A DNA stretch of 44,332 bases. Origin: Escherichia phage EK99P-1. The notes below the pieces were generated by a model that ran no database searches, was not told where the DNA came from, and saw nothing but the letters and a program-made list of their open reading frames with translations. The stretch lies in sequence record NC_024783.1; one strand, given 5' to 3'. Both the position numbers and the translations under genes were made by a program. Positions 1 to 9,092 of the stretch are shown here, one piece after another; the first letter of the stretch is position 1, and each line of letters opens with the position of its first letter.

Positions 1-55
1 TATAATCCCACTTAGATGGCAGGGCCGTCTCCTATGTTGCCGATGGTCGGCGCAT

Positions 56-628
56 ATGCACAAAAGGGCTTATATCATGGCAGAAATTAAAGTTAAAGGC
101 CGTCGAGCTAAACTGGACGGACGAGTAGCAGTTACCCCGCGCCGTAAACCAGGCGAGCAAACCGAGCATACCAATCTCGGACCTGAAATCGAGTACGGAA
201 AGCGCCGTAAAGGCGGCAAATGTGGACGCCCTACTGACTACCGATCCGTTTACTGCGACCAGCTTCGCCGCTATTTTGCCGACGCCGACGCCTGGCAGGT
301 CAACTACTCCGATAAAGGCGCTGCGCAAGTAATCCCCCGCAACAAAATGCCAACCTTCGGCAGATTTGCCGCGGAAATAGGTGTGGGCGTTGCCTGCCTG
401 TACCGCTGGGCGCGCGCACATGAGGAGTTCGCCGAGGCTATGGCGGACGCTATGGAATTGCAGAAAACTTTCCTGATGGAAGCTGGCGGCGTGACTATCG
501 CGGCAGGCTTCGCGACCTTCCTGCTCAAAGCCAACCACGGCGTACGCGACGATATCCCACTGGATGACGACGAAGATGATAACGGCGACGTCGTTGTCGA
601 ACCTACCGGCAAAGGCCAGGGCGAATAA
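56..628 (+). CDS. terminase small subunit (putative)
   Basis: First gene of the packaging operon, stop overlaps the terL start (TAATG). Basic N-terminal region, acidic C-terminal tail. Alternative start at 77 (MAEIKVKG) has a better RBS. Confidence 0.6.
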   Translation: MHKRAYIMAEIKVKGRRAKLDGRVAVTPRRKPGEQTEHTNLGPEIEYGKRRKGGKCGRPTDYRSVYCDQLRRYFADADAWQVNYSDKGAAQVIPRNKMPTFGRFAAEIGVGVACLYRWARAHEEFAEAMADAMELQKTFLMEAGGVTIAAGFATFLLKANHGVRDDIPLDDDEDDNGDVVVEPTGKGQGE

Positions 629-2013
629 TGCGTAACTATGCTGCAGAACACCGCGCACTGGAACGCGCGATCGCGAAGCGCAACCGACCACCGCGCCCGA
701 CACGCGTTGCGCAGGCGGTGCGGCTTTACCAGCCTGATTGCCTACCGCACCAGGTCGAACTACTGCGGGACACGAAGACTAAAATCCTCGGCCTGTGTTC
801 CGGCTTCGGCGGCGGCAAGTCATGGGTCGCAGCCCGTAAGGTAATCCAGCTTTTAACCCTGAACCCGGGTCATGATGGCATCGTTACAGAACCGACTATT
901 CCCCTCCTGGTTAAAATCATGTATCCAGAATTGGAGAAGGCTTTCGACGAGGCTGGCTTCCGGTGGAAGTTCAACAAGCAGGACAAGATCTATAGCGTTC
1001 TGGTGAAAGGCAAATGGACCCGCGTGATCTGTGAATCAATGGAGAACTATACCCGTCTGATCGGGGTCAACGCCGCGTGGATTGTTGCCGACGAGTTCGA
1101 CACCACGAAGCAAGACGTCGCAATGGCGGCTTATCACAAATTGCTCGGTCGTCTGCGTGCGGGCGTGGTCCGTCAGTTTGTCATCGTATCCACGCCGGAA
1201 GGCTTCCGGGCAATGTATCAAATTTTCGAGGTGGAGAAGGATAGCCAGAAACGTTTGATCCGGGCGAAGACCACCGACAACCACCATTTACCGGCAGACT
1301 TTATCGACACGCTGCGCAGTCAGTACCCGGCGAACCTTATTGACGCGTACCTGAACGGCCTGTTTGTTAACCTTACGTCGGGCGCGGTGTACAAGATGTT
1401 TAATCGCGAGGAGAACGCCAGCACCGAAGAAGTACAACCGGAAGACACGCTGATTATCGGTATGGACTTTAACGTCACGAAAATGGCGGCGGTCGTGTAT
1501 GTAAGACGGCAGCGTACCACCGAGAACAAGGAGTTCCGCGACGAGATTCACGCCGTGGATGAATTCGTGGACCTGTTTGATACCCCGGCTATGATTGAAG
1601 CGATCGAGGAGCGCTACCCCGATCATTGCGCTGCCGGTAAGGTCGTCGTGTACCCGGATAGCAGTGGCAAGTCGCGTAAGACGGTCAACGCGTCGTCGTC
1701 CGATATAGCGCAACTGGAAGACGCAGGCTTCGAGGTGGAATACGACAGCGTTAACCCACCGGTGAAAGACCGATTGATCGCGATGAATACGATGATGTGC
1801 AACTCGAAGGGCGTGCGCCAGTATTTTGTCAACCTGGATAAATGCCCTACACTAGCGAAATGTCTGGAACAGCAGGTTTACGACCTGAAGAAAGGCGAGC
1901 CGGATAAAACCGCCGGTGTGGACCACATGAACGATGCCGCGGGTTATCCAATTGCGCACCTGTTCCCAGTGATTCGCCCAATCGCCGTTGTTCCAACTGT
2001 AGACTTCTACTAA
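628..2013 (+). CDS. terminase large subunit (ATPase and nuclease)
   Basis: 461 aa; Walker A-like GFGGGKS and Walker B-like VADEFD; size and position between terS and portal. Confidence 0.85.
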   Translation: MRNYAAEHRALERAIAKRNRPPRPTRVAQAVRLYQPDCLPHQVELLRDTKTKILGLCSGFGGGKSWVAARKVIQLLTLNPGHDGIVTEPTIPLLVKIMYPELEKAFDEAGFRWKFNKQDKIYSVLVKGKWTRVICESMENYTRLIGVNAAWIVADEFDTTKQDVAMAAYHKLLGRLRAGVVRQFVIVSTPEGFRAMYQIFEVEKDSQKRLIRAKTTDNHHLPADFIDTLRSQYPANLIDAYLNGLFVNLTSGAVYKMFNREENASTEEVQPEDTLIIGMDFNVTKMAAVVYVRRQRTTENKEFRDEIHAVDEFVDLFDTPAMIEAIEERYPDHCAAGKVVVYPDSSGKSRKTVNASSSDIAQLEDAGFEVEYDSVNPPVKDRLIAMNTMMCNSKGVRQYFVNLDKCPTLAKCLEQQVYDLKKGEPDKTAGVDHMNDAAGYPIAHLFPVIRPIAVVPTVDFY

Positions 2014-2023
2014 GGAAACGACC

Positions 2024-3544
2024 ATGACCGTTAACGTTGACAACCAGCACCCGCTCTATGCGCGCATCGCGCCAGAGTGGAAAATGATCCGTGATTGTGT
2101 GGCAGGGGAGCGCGCCGTGAAGGCGTGCGGCCCCTTGTACCTGCCTCATCCCGCCAGTGGCGACAACACTGACCCGAAAGCACGGGCGAGATATAAGGCG
2201 TATAAGCAACGCGCTGTATTCCTGAACGCCACCGCCCGCACACTTAACGCACTGTTAGGCGTTGCCTTCGCTAAACCGGTAAGTCTGGACCTTTCCGGGG
2301 CGATTGCGGACCTTATTGACGACGTAGACGGCAGTGGTATGCCGCTGCCGCAACTCCTGCGCGGTGCTATGTCGGAAGTGCTGCAATCAGGCCGTGCGGG
2401 CTTTATGGTGGACTACGATCGCCAGGCGCATTTTGATGAGCTGGGTAACGTAGTGCCGCAGACAGCCGCTGAGATGGCGTCACACCGCCCACTTATCCGC
2501 CTGTACACGGCAGAACAGATCATCAACTGGCGGCAGACCCACGGCGTAGATACGCTAATTGTGCTAAAGGAAACGGACGAAATCAGCACCGAAGACCCGG
2601 ACGACTTCGCAAACCACGAAGTAACAATATGGACCGAGCTTCGCATGATTAACGGTGCGGCACACGCCCGCCGCTGGTTTTATAACGCGGACACGTCCGA
2701 GGTGCAAATGGACTTGCCGCGTGGATTCACCCGCACCGACCTGGTGCCGCTGGTGGATGCCTCCGGTAAGGCACTGACTCAACTTCCGTTTTGCTGGTGT
2801 GGCGCGGTGGACAACAACGCGACGCCAGACGCCGCTCCGCTGGCAGATATCGCATCCATCAACATTAAGCACTACAACGCCGAAGCGGACGTCGCCGAGA
2901 TCGCGCACATCGTGGGCCAACCTACCCTGGTTGCGACGGGCTTGACTCAATCATGGGCGGACAAAAACCTGAAAGGCGGCATCGCGCTCGGAGCGACTAA
3001 GGGCGTTATTCTCGGTCAGAACATGGATGCTAAACTGATCCAGGCCGAGGAGCGCAACTTGTCTGTTGCACTGTGTGAGCGACGCGAATTGCAAATGGCT
3101 AAACTGGGCGCGGCCCTGGTTGAGAAGGGGACTGCACCTAAGACGGCAACCGAGGCGGCCTACGATGCGCAGACTGATAACAGTATCCTGTCGCTTATTG
3201 CCAGTAACGTTGAGAAGGCTTTCAACCGTGCGCTGCAAATCGTGCAGCTATTCACGGGGGACACCGCAGATCAACGTGTAACGCTGAATAAGTTCTACAC
3301 CGAGATCACGGTTGATGCACAGCTTATGACCGCGATGATGGCGGGTGTGCAGACGGGTACGGTCCGCCTGGCGGACTTCATCAAGTGGATGATGGCGCAG
3401 GGCGTCATCGACGACTCGCAAACCGTCGAGCAGGTTGAAGACGAATTGCGAAATCAGAATCCATTGCCTCAAATGTCCCCGGATGCGGTAGAATCTACCG
3501 AAGAAGACCCGGACAAGGTAGCGGACAATGGCGAAGACAATTAA
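2024..3544 (+). CDS. portal protein
   Basis: 506 aa, immediately downstream of terL, acidic C-terminus, RBS AAGGA before ATG. Confidence 0.8.
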   Translation: MTVNVDNQHPLYARIAPEWKMIRDCVAGERAVKACGPLYLPHPASGDNTDPKARARYKAYKQRAVFLNATARTLNALLGVAFAKPVSLDLSGAIADLIDDVDGSGMPLPQLLRGAMSEVLQSGRAGFMVDYDRQAHFDELGNVVPQTAAEMASHRPLIRLYTAEQIINWRQTHGVDTLIVLKETDEISTEDPDDFANHEVTIWTELRMINGAAHARRWFYNADTSEVQMDLPRGFTRTDLVPLVDASGKALTQLPFCWCGAVDNNATPDAAPLADIASINIKHYNAEADVAEIAHIVGQPTLVATGLTQSWADKNLKGGIALGATKGVILGQNMDAKLIQAEERNLSVALCERRELQMAKLGAALVEKGTAPKTATEAAYDAQTDNSILSLIASNVEKAFNRALQIVQLFTGDTADQRVTLNKFYTEITVDAQLMTAMMAGVQTGTVRLADFIKWMMAQGVIDDSQTVEQVEDELRNQNPLPQMSPDAVESTEEDPDKVADNGEDN

Positions 3545-4631
3545 TCAATATATGGCGGATCGAATGATTCGCCGACACATCTTCACCCAGCGCCTGAGTA
3601 ATGACCAGGCGCGGCGGGTGCTGGCTATGTGGGAGAAGTTCCGGCCCACGTTACTGGGTAAGCTGACCGAGTTACTTGATGGCAAAAAGTCCATGAACAA
3701 CAAGGCACTTACCACTCTGTTAACGCAACTCGACAAGACCGTCAAAACGGAACTGCGCACCGAGTTTAAGGCGTTGGCTGAAAGCCTTCAGGAGTTCGCC
3801 GACACCGAGGCCGATTATCTCGCCGACACATTAACGGCAGCGATCCAGCCGGTGGTCGCCGTACCTGCGGTCGAGGTGGTTGGCGTAGTGACCGGTGCTC
3901 AGATCGCAGCTACTGCAATGAAAAACCCGTTCCAGGGTAACACCATGATGCAGTGGCCCGATTCACTTTCCGAGTGGACCAGGACGCAGATCGGCAATCA
4001 GGTGCGCGCCGGATTCATCCAGGGCAAGCCGACGATGGAAATTATCGCGGATGTGAGGCGCACGCTAGGCGGTCGTAGTGCGCAAGCAATCTCAAGCGTT
4101 GTTAAGTCCGCGGTCAACCACTATGCGGCGACCGCCCGCGAATTAATGGTAAAAGCTAATGACGATATTCTCGAAGGTCGCCAATGGTTGGCTACATTGG
4201 ACACTCATACTTCCCCAATGTGCCAGCTACGCGATCGCCTGTTTTATCCTGTTGACGTCACTCCCGACACCAAAGGCAAGCGCGGCGGGAAAGTGGTGGC
4301 GGGATCACAATATGGCGCTGGACCGGGCAAGCTGCATTATTGCTGCCGTTCGACGGAGACGTGGAAAGTTAAGGGCATGGAAGATTGGCCCAGTGGTAAG
4401 CGTCCGGCACTGAAGCCTGACGCGGGCCGATTGCTGAGTGAGCAGGTCGACGCGCGGACTGATTTCTTCTCATGGGTGCAGCGCCAGCCGCGCCATATCC
4501 TGGAGGAATTATATGGAGTGCAACGCGCCGACCAGATTATGCGCGGCGTGAAAGTGCCGAAGATGTTTACCGATTCTGGCGAACTGATGACTATTGCACA
4601 GCTTAAAAACCGGGGGCTATGGCGTGATTAA
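3528..4631 (+). CDS. head morphogenesis protein (Mu F-like / SPP1 gp7-like minor head protein)
   Basis: 367 aa, overlaps the portal stop, conserved position after portal. Confidence 0.65.
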   Translation: MAKTINQYMADRMIRRHIFTQRLSNDQARRVLAMWEKFRPTLLGKLTELLDGKKSMNNKALTTLLTQLDKTVKTELRTEFKALAESLQEFADTEADYLADTLTAAIQPVVAVPAVEVVGVVTGAQIAATAMKNPFQGNTMMQWPDSLSEWTRTQIGNQVRAGFIQGKPTMEIIADVRRTLGGRSAQAISSVVKSAVNHYAATARELMVKANDDILEGRQWLATLDTHTSPMCQLRDRLFYPVDVTPDTKGKRGGKVVAGSQYGAGPGKLHYCCRSTETWKVKGMEDWPSGKRPALKPDAGRLLSEQVDARTDFFSWVQRQPRHILEELYGVQRADQIMRGVKVPKMFTDSGELMTIAQLKNRGLWRD

Positions 4632-4953
4632 GTATGCAGCTATTGGACTGGTTATAGGTCTGGCGGTAGGATTCTGGCTAGGTGACTCCTATCGCGCTGG
4701 CGTAGTGGCGGAGGCGGCGCAAGAAGCGCAAGCCAAAGCCCAACGGCAGCAAACTAAAGTTGTTGAGCGATCCGTGCAGGCCGAACAAGCCCGCGACGTA
4801 GAATACCGGACTATCACGAAAGAGGTTGTGAAATATGTTACGCGTCCTAACCGTCCTGATTGCAGTTTTGATGCTGAGCGCGTGCGGATCAAGCAGCGTG
4901 CCGTTGATGCCGCTAACGGAGTCGGCACTGCGACCGCCGTGCAAGTTCGATAA
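4624..4953 (+). CDS. Rz-like inner-membrane spanin (i-spanin)
   Basis: GTG start with GGGGG RBS. N-terminal TM helix (IKYAAIGLVIGLAVGFWLG), then a Q/A/E-rich helical periplasmic region. Partner lipoprotein ORF embedded in the +1 frame. Confidence 0.7.
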   Translation: MIKYAAIGLVIGLAVGFWLGDSYRAGVVAEAAQEAQAKAQRQQTKVVERSVQAEQARDVEYRTITKEVVKYVTRPNRPDCSFDAERVRIKQRAVDAANGVGTATAVQVR

Positions 4954-5065
4954 CCCGTCCGCGGACCCCGACGAAGATTTGATGATTGACGTGAAAAATA
5001 TGGAATGCGGGGCGAAGCTGAGGGCGCAGGTCCTGGAGTTGCAGCAGATAATTCGGGGGCCGTAA
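4835..5065 (+). CDS. Rz1-like outer-membrane lipoprotein spanin (o-spanin)
   Basis: Starts inside Rz in another frame and extends past the Rz stop. Signal peptide plus lipobox MLRVLTVLIAVLMLSAC, short Pro-containing mature part, RBS AGAGG. Confidence 0.7.
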   Translation: MLRVLTVLIAVLMLSACGSSSVPLMPLTESALRPPCKFDNPSADPDEDLMIDVKNMECGAKLRAQVLELQQIIRGP

Positions 5066-5080
5066 TGGCCCCCTTTTATT
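5055..5080 (+). terminator. rho-independent terminator after Rz1
   Basis: GGGGGCC-gtaat-GGCCCCC hairpin followed by TTTTATT, between convergent genes. Confidence 0.6.
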
Positions 5081-5843
5081 AGCGCGGAATACCGCAGATT
5101 TCGTTTAACGTCTTCACGTCCAGTGCCACCGCCGTGGACTTCGGCTTGTCCGGGTATGGAATAAACTGTTCCACTTCAGGCCACGCCTTGATCAGCTTCT
5201 TATCGGTATTGTGCATATCCAGCACGCCGGTCACAGTCAGCTTGAATGCGTCATACTTCGCACGCAACTCGCGGCGGGCCTTGTCGTTACGGTCCAGGCG
5301 CTTGCAGAAATCATGGTCCGCCGGGTAGTCTATACGACCGCATGACTTATATATCGGCAGCGCTTTCCCATCCTCGTCCACTTCGCACACAGAAGCCAGC
5401 ATTACTTCTTCGTACCCTGGTACAATATCGCCGAGATCTGGAGATAGCGTATTCATGTATTTATATTCCCAGTATCCGCGATGTACTCGGTATTGTCGTC
5501 CGTCACCGCTCAATGACAGTGTGCGCACATTTCCGCCCGCGTTGATTTCGAAAGTGGCGTCGTAAACGCTGCCGATGCCTTTTGGGCGGTCAGCATTATA
5601 TCTATACGTCGCCTTGTTGGTGTATACGCTTACTCCGTACATCTGCGACGGGTCATCGCCGATTGCTTTAATGCGCGCGAGTAGCTCGGCGAAAGTGCGA
5701 ATGCCTTCCGGCATACAGTCCAGCGTAATGGCGTACGCCAGGTCGCGCGAGTCCATCATGATGGATTTGGCTTCGGTCGCGATTTCATGGTCGCGCAGGA
5801 TGTTAGCCAGAATCTGGTTTTTAATGTCTTTCGTCAGTCTCAT
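5079..5843 (-). CDS. hypothetical protein (minus-strand moron in head module)
   Basis: 254 aa from the ATG at 5843 (RBS AAAGAGGA). Opposite strand to all flanking structural genes. No family recognised by eye. Confidence 0.6.
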   Translation of the reverse strand: MRLTKDIKNQILANILRDHEIATEAKSIMMDSRDLAYAITLDCMPEGIRTFAELLARIKAIGDDPSQMYGVSVYTNKATYRYNADRPKGIGSVYDATFEINAGGNVRTLSLSGDGRQYRVHRGYWEYKYMNTLSPDLGDIVPGYEEVMLASVCEVDEDGKALPIYKSCGRIDYPADHDFCKRLDRNDKARRELRAKYDAFKLTVTGVLDMHNTDKKLIKAWPEVEQFIPYPDKPKSTAVALDVKTLNEICGIPR

Positions 5844-5857
5844 TTGTGTGTCCTCTT

Positions 5858-6019
5858 TTAGTGGTTGTATAATTCGCCGCGTGCGTCGGCATCTTCCATT
5901 TGGTGTAGTGCGTGTTTCTGGTCCTGGCAAGGAATCCAGCGTTCCTCTAATTTATGCCAGAAGTAAAACACCCCGTTATCCAGCTTAATCTCGGCAATAC
6001 CGTTATTGAAAGTTAGCAT
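5858..6019 (-). CDS. hypothetical small protein (first gene of moron)
   Basis: 53 aa from the internal ATG at 6019 with RBS GAGGG, immediately downstream of a promoter-like element. Confidence 0.45.
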   Translation of the reverse strand: MLTFNNGIAEIKLDNGVFYFWHKLEERWIPCQDQKHALHQMEDADARGELYNH

Positions 6020-6036
6020 TTTGTTACCCTCATTTG

Positions 6037-6078
6037 TTGGTATGCAACCAATATACTGCAACCAATCCACCAATGCAA
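6037..6078 (-). promoter_or_regulatory. sigma70-like promoter for the moron, with downstream palindrome
   Basis: Minus strand: -35 TTGCAT (6073-6078), 17-nt spacer, -10 TATATT (6050-6055), then TTGGT-tgcat-ACCAA (6037-6051). Contains two ATTGGTTGCA boxes. Confidence 0.45.
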
Positions 6079-6168
6079 GCAAATTTTGCGATTATTTTTA
6101 TCGCTGATAATATTAGAAGCGTGAAGTCGAGCGGGTGGCCTGCTCTGCCACAATCCCAGGGGGATAGC

Positions 6169-6873
6169 ATGAAACTTACTAAAGCAGAATATGACGCGTT
6201 GCCGGAAGGTATGAAGGCGCTTTTTGTTGCCGATGGCGACGGGTATAAATCAACGTTCATGACCGCAGAAGAAGTACAGGCGGAAATCAAGGGTCTGAAA
6301 GACAACAACGCTAAGCTGGTGAGCGAGAAGAAAGCAGAAGCTGAACGCCGCGCCGAAGCTGAGCGCCTTGCGAAAGAGAAAGAGGAAGCCGCCGCGCGCA
6401 AAAATGGCGACCTCGAAGCGATCGACAAGTCCTGGAAAGATAAGTTTGCGAAACACGAAGCAGACACATCGGGAAAAATCGAAGCCTACCGCAAGCAGAT
6501 CCACGATCTAACCATCGGCAGCGCTGCCAAAGACCTGGCGTCGAAGCTGTTCGGTAAGAATGCGGGCATCATGCAACGCCACGTAATGGACCGCCTGACG
6601 CTGGAAGACGGCGAAGACGGCAGCTTGAAAGTGCGAGTCTTGCAGGATGGCAAACCGTCCGCGCTGACTATGGAAGAGCTGGAAAAAGAGTTCCGTAATA
6701 ACGCCGATTTTGCATCCGTCCTGGCTGGCACGCCAGCCGGTGGCGCGCCTAGCAAACCGACGCAGGTTGTCGAAGATGTGAAGTCGAAAATCACTATGGG
6801 CCACAGCTTCGGTATCACTGACCTTACGAAACAGGCAGGTGAAATCATCGCTAAGATGGGCGACGACGAGTAA
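6169..6873 (+). CDS. scaffolding protein
   Basis: 234 aa from the ATG at 6169 (RBS GGGGGA). Charged coiled-coil stretch (EAERRAEAERLAKEKEEAAARK), directly upstream of the capsid gene. Confidence 0.65.
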   Translation: MKLTKAEYDALPEGMKALFVADGDGYKSTFMTAEEVQAEIKGLKDNNAKLVSEKKAEAERRAEAERLAKEKEEAAARKNGDLEAIDKSWKDKFAKHEADTSGKIEAYRKQIHDLTIGSAAKDLASKLFGKNAGIMQRHVMDRLTLEDGEDGSLKVRVLQDGKPSALTMEELEKEFRNNADFASVLAGTPAGGAPSKPTQVVEDVKSKITMGHSFGITDLTKQAGEIIAKMGDDE

Positions 6874-6970
6874 GCAGATTGCCCGCGAAAGCGGGCAATT
6901 TTGCGAGCGCGTAAATCTAAGGTAACATTAACGTCACTGGGCGAATGCTCACAACTCAAAGGATTTCGAT

Positions 6971-8071
6971 ATGTCTTTAACAGTGTTCCAGCGTAAACTC
7001 GTTACCGCGGTTACGCAAATGATCCCCGACAACCTGAACGTTTTCAACGCTGCCGCCAATGGCGCTGTTGTTCTCGGTACTGGTGAAGTGCTGAAGGACG
7101 TTGTAGAAAAAATGTCCGTAGGCTTGATCGCCAACCTCGTTACCGACCGTAACGCCTATGCCCCTGTCGGTACTCCGGCGACCGCAAAAGTGCTGGCGCG
7201 TATGCTGACCAACTCCGTCAACCTGTCCGCGAAAGTGGGTCCGGTAGCAATCACTAAGGCTATGATGGCTAAAATCGAAACCAACGTTAACAGCGTTGCG
7301 GCTGAGATTGCGGCACAGGCTACTCAAGCGATTATGCTGCATTACCTGAAGGCTGGCATCGGCGCAAGTAAAGCGGCGATCGAAAGCAACGCAGCGGCAA
7401 AATACACCCAACCGGCGCGCGTTGACGGCGTTGGCGGTCGTACCTTCCCGACCCTGGCAGACTTCCCGCTGGCGGCTTCTAAGTTCGGCGATCAGGCGTC
7501 TTTGATTAAGTCCTGGTTTATGGACGGCGTTACCTGGGCAAACTTCATTGCGTACCAGGCACTCCCTTCCGCGGAACAGGTATTCGCAATTGGCGATCTT
7601 CAGGTAATGGGTGATGGCCTGGGCCGTCGTTTCATTATCTCCGATGCCGCTGCTGATGCTATGGGCACGGGTAACATGCTAGGTCTGGTCCCTGGCGCGG
7701 TTGCCGTTACCACCAACGGCCTCGATATGCTGGCGCAGGAGAAAGGCGGTAACGAGAACATCGAACGCTGGTGGCAGGGCGAGTTCGACTTCAACGTGGC
7801 TGTTAAAGGCTACCGTCTGAAGGCGTCCGCTCGTACACCGATCGAAGGCGTACGCTCGTTCAAGCTGTCGGATATCACCACTTCCGCTAACTGGGAACTG
7901 GACCAGGGCCAGGTAGACAACGCACCGGCAACCGTGCAGGACGTTGGCGATGTTGGTGATGGCGATACTAAAGGCCGTCGTAAGACCCAGGCAGCACAGG
8001 CAGTGCCGACCCGTCACATCAAGGAAACCGCTGGCGTACTGGTTACGCTGACGGCGACTACCGCGTCTTAA
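6971..8071 (+). CDS. major capsid protein
   Basis: 366 aa, Ala/Gly/Val-rich, RBS AAAGGA, follows scaffold and is followed by a strong terminator. Confidence 0.75.
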   Translation: MSLTVFQRKLVTAVTQMIPDNLNVFNAAANGAVVLGTGEVLKDVVEKMSVGLIANLVTDRNAYAPVGTPATAKVLARMLTNSVNLSAKVGPVAITKAMMAKIETNVNSVAAEIAAQATQAIMLHYLKAGIGASKAAIESNAAAKYTQPARVDGVGGRTFPTLADFPLAASKFGDQASLIKSWFMDGVTWANFIAYQALPSAEQVFAIGDLQVMGDGLGRRFIISDAAADAMGTGNMLGLVPGAVAVTTNGLDMLAQEKGGNENIERWWQGEFDFNVAVKGYRLKASARTPIEGVRSFKLSDITTSANWELDQGQVDNAPATVQDVGDVGDGDTKGRRKTQAAQAVPTRHIKETAGVLVTLTATTAS

Positions 8072-8090
8072 CGGGCGCACATCCCAAATG

Positions 8091-8114
8091 GGCGGGCTTA
8101 TGCCCGCCTTTTTT
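8091..8114 (+). terminator. rho-independent terminator after capsid gene
   Basis: GGCGGGC-ttat-GCCCGCC followed by TTTTTT. Confidence 0.7.
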
Positions 8115-8129
8115 ATAGGAGCAAATAAG

Positions 8130-8630
8130 ATGTATGGCGACCCGCAAACCTTTGTCGATTATGCCGCTGCGCGAGGCGTTGAAATTACGCTGGGCGATGC
8201 AACTCGACACCTTACCGTCGTTAATGACTTCCTTAACGGCATCAACTGGATCGGCGAACAAGCGGACCAGACCGGAATCGACGCATGGCCCCGCATCAAT
8301 TACCCATCGGACGGTAAGCCGGTGCGCGACACGCTAACCGAAGTCGTGGCGGTAGTGCCTGTCGGGCAAATCGTAGACTTTGCATCAATCCCCGTTGCCG
8401 TTGAGCAAGCTGTTTACCGGCTGGCGCTGTTGGTGGCGGACGAGATCGATATTTCTCCGGTCGGCGATGGTAAAGAGACTATCCGCGAAACGGTCGGCCC
8501 GATCACGATGGAATATGACCCGGCGTCGATTGGTAGCGGGGTGTCGTTCCCGTGGTGGGATGGCTTGTTAGGCCACTGGGTTGATTCAGGCGGCAACGCC
8601 GCAGGCAATTTCGACGTATTCAGGGGGTAA
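8130..8630 (+). CDS. head-tail connector / head completion protein (putative)
   Basis: 166 aa from the ATG at 8130 (RBS AGGAG). The ORF-track start at 8088 lies inside the terminator hairpin. Confidence 0.5.
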   Translation: MYGDPQTFVDYAAARGVEITLGDATRHLTVVNDFLNGINWIGEQADQTGIDAWPRINYPSDGKPVRDTLTEVVAVVPVGQIVDFASIPVAVEQAVYRLALLVADEIDISPVGDGKETIRETVGPITMEYDPASIGSGVSFPWWDGLLGHWVDSGGNAAGNFDVFRG

Positions 8631-8737
8631 TATGAATCCTGCATTACTCGCGGCGATAATCGCCGCCAACACTAAACAGCCGCCGGAACAAGAACCGGAG
8701 CCAGAACAAGTACAACCGGCACAGGAGAGCGAAGAAG

Positions 8738-9091
8738 ATGGCGGGCTTTAATTACGCAGGATTAAAGCGGAAAGTGAATCCGCTGATTAAAAAATTCGGC
8801 ATGACCGTTACGGTTACGCGTCCGGGATCGGTTGACCGTGTAGACGGCGACGAAGTGGTAATCCCGCCAACGTCGTTTGACGTCATCGGTCTTCGCGAGG
8901 AGTACAAGCCTAGCGAGATCGACGGAACGCGTATCGTTGCCGGTGATGTGAAGTTTTTATGTCGGGCGGTTGAGCAATTGCGGGTGGGCGACCTTGTTAA
9001 CCTGAACGGCACTGACTACCGGGTCGTCAACCCGAACCCACTGCAACCGGCTGGCACTACCATGCTGTTTCAACTACAGCTAAGGGGCTAA
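8738..9091 (+). CDS. head-tail adaptor protein (putative)
   Basis: 117 aa, in the connector block between capsid and major tail genes. Confidence 0.45.
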   Translation: MAGFNYAGLKRKVNPLIKKFGMTVTVTRPGSVDRVDGDEVVIPPTSFDVIGLREEYKPSEIDGTRIVAGDVKFLCRAVEQLRVGDLVNLNGTDYRVVNPNPLQPAGTTMLFQLQLRG

Positions 9092-9092
9092 C

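Noticed and set aside
6486-6959. Minus-strand ORFs 6486-6959 and 6508-6804 overlapping the scaffold gene.
   Set aside because: Antisense to a well-supported gene and they cross its terminator. No start context.
8088-8129. ORF-track start at 8088 (MGGLMPAFF...) for the connector gene.
   Set aside because: These codons are the terminator hairpin after the capsid gene. The ATG at 8130 has a proper AGGAG RBS.
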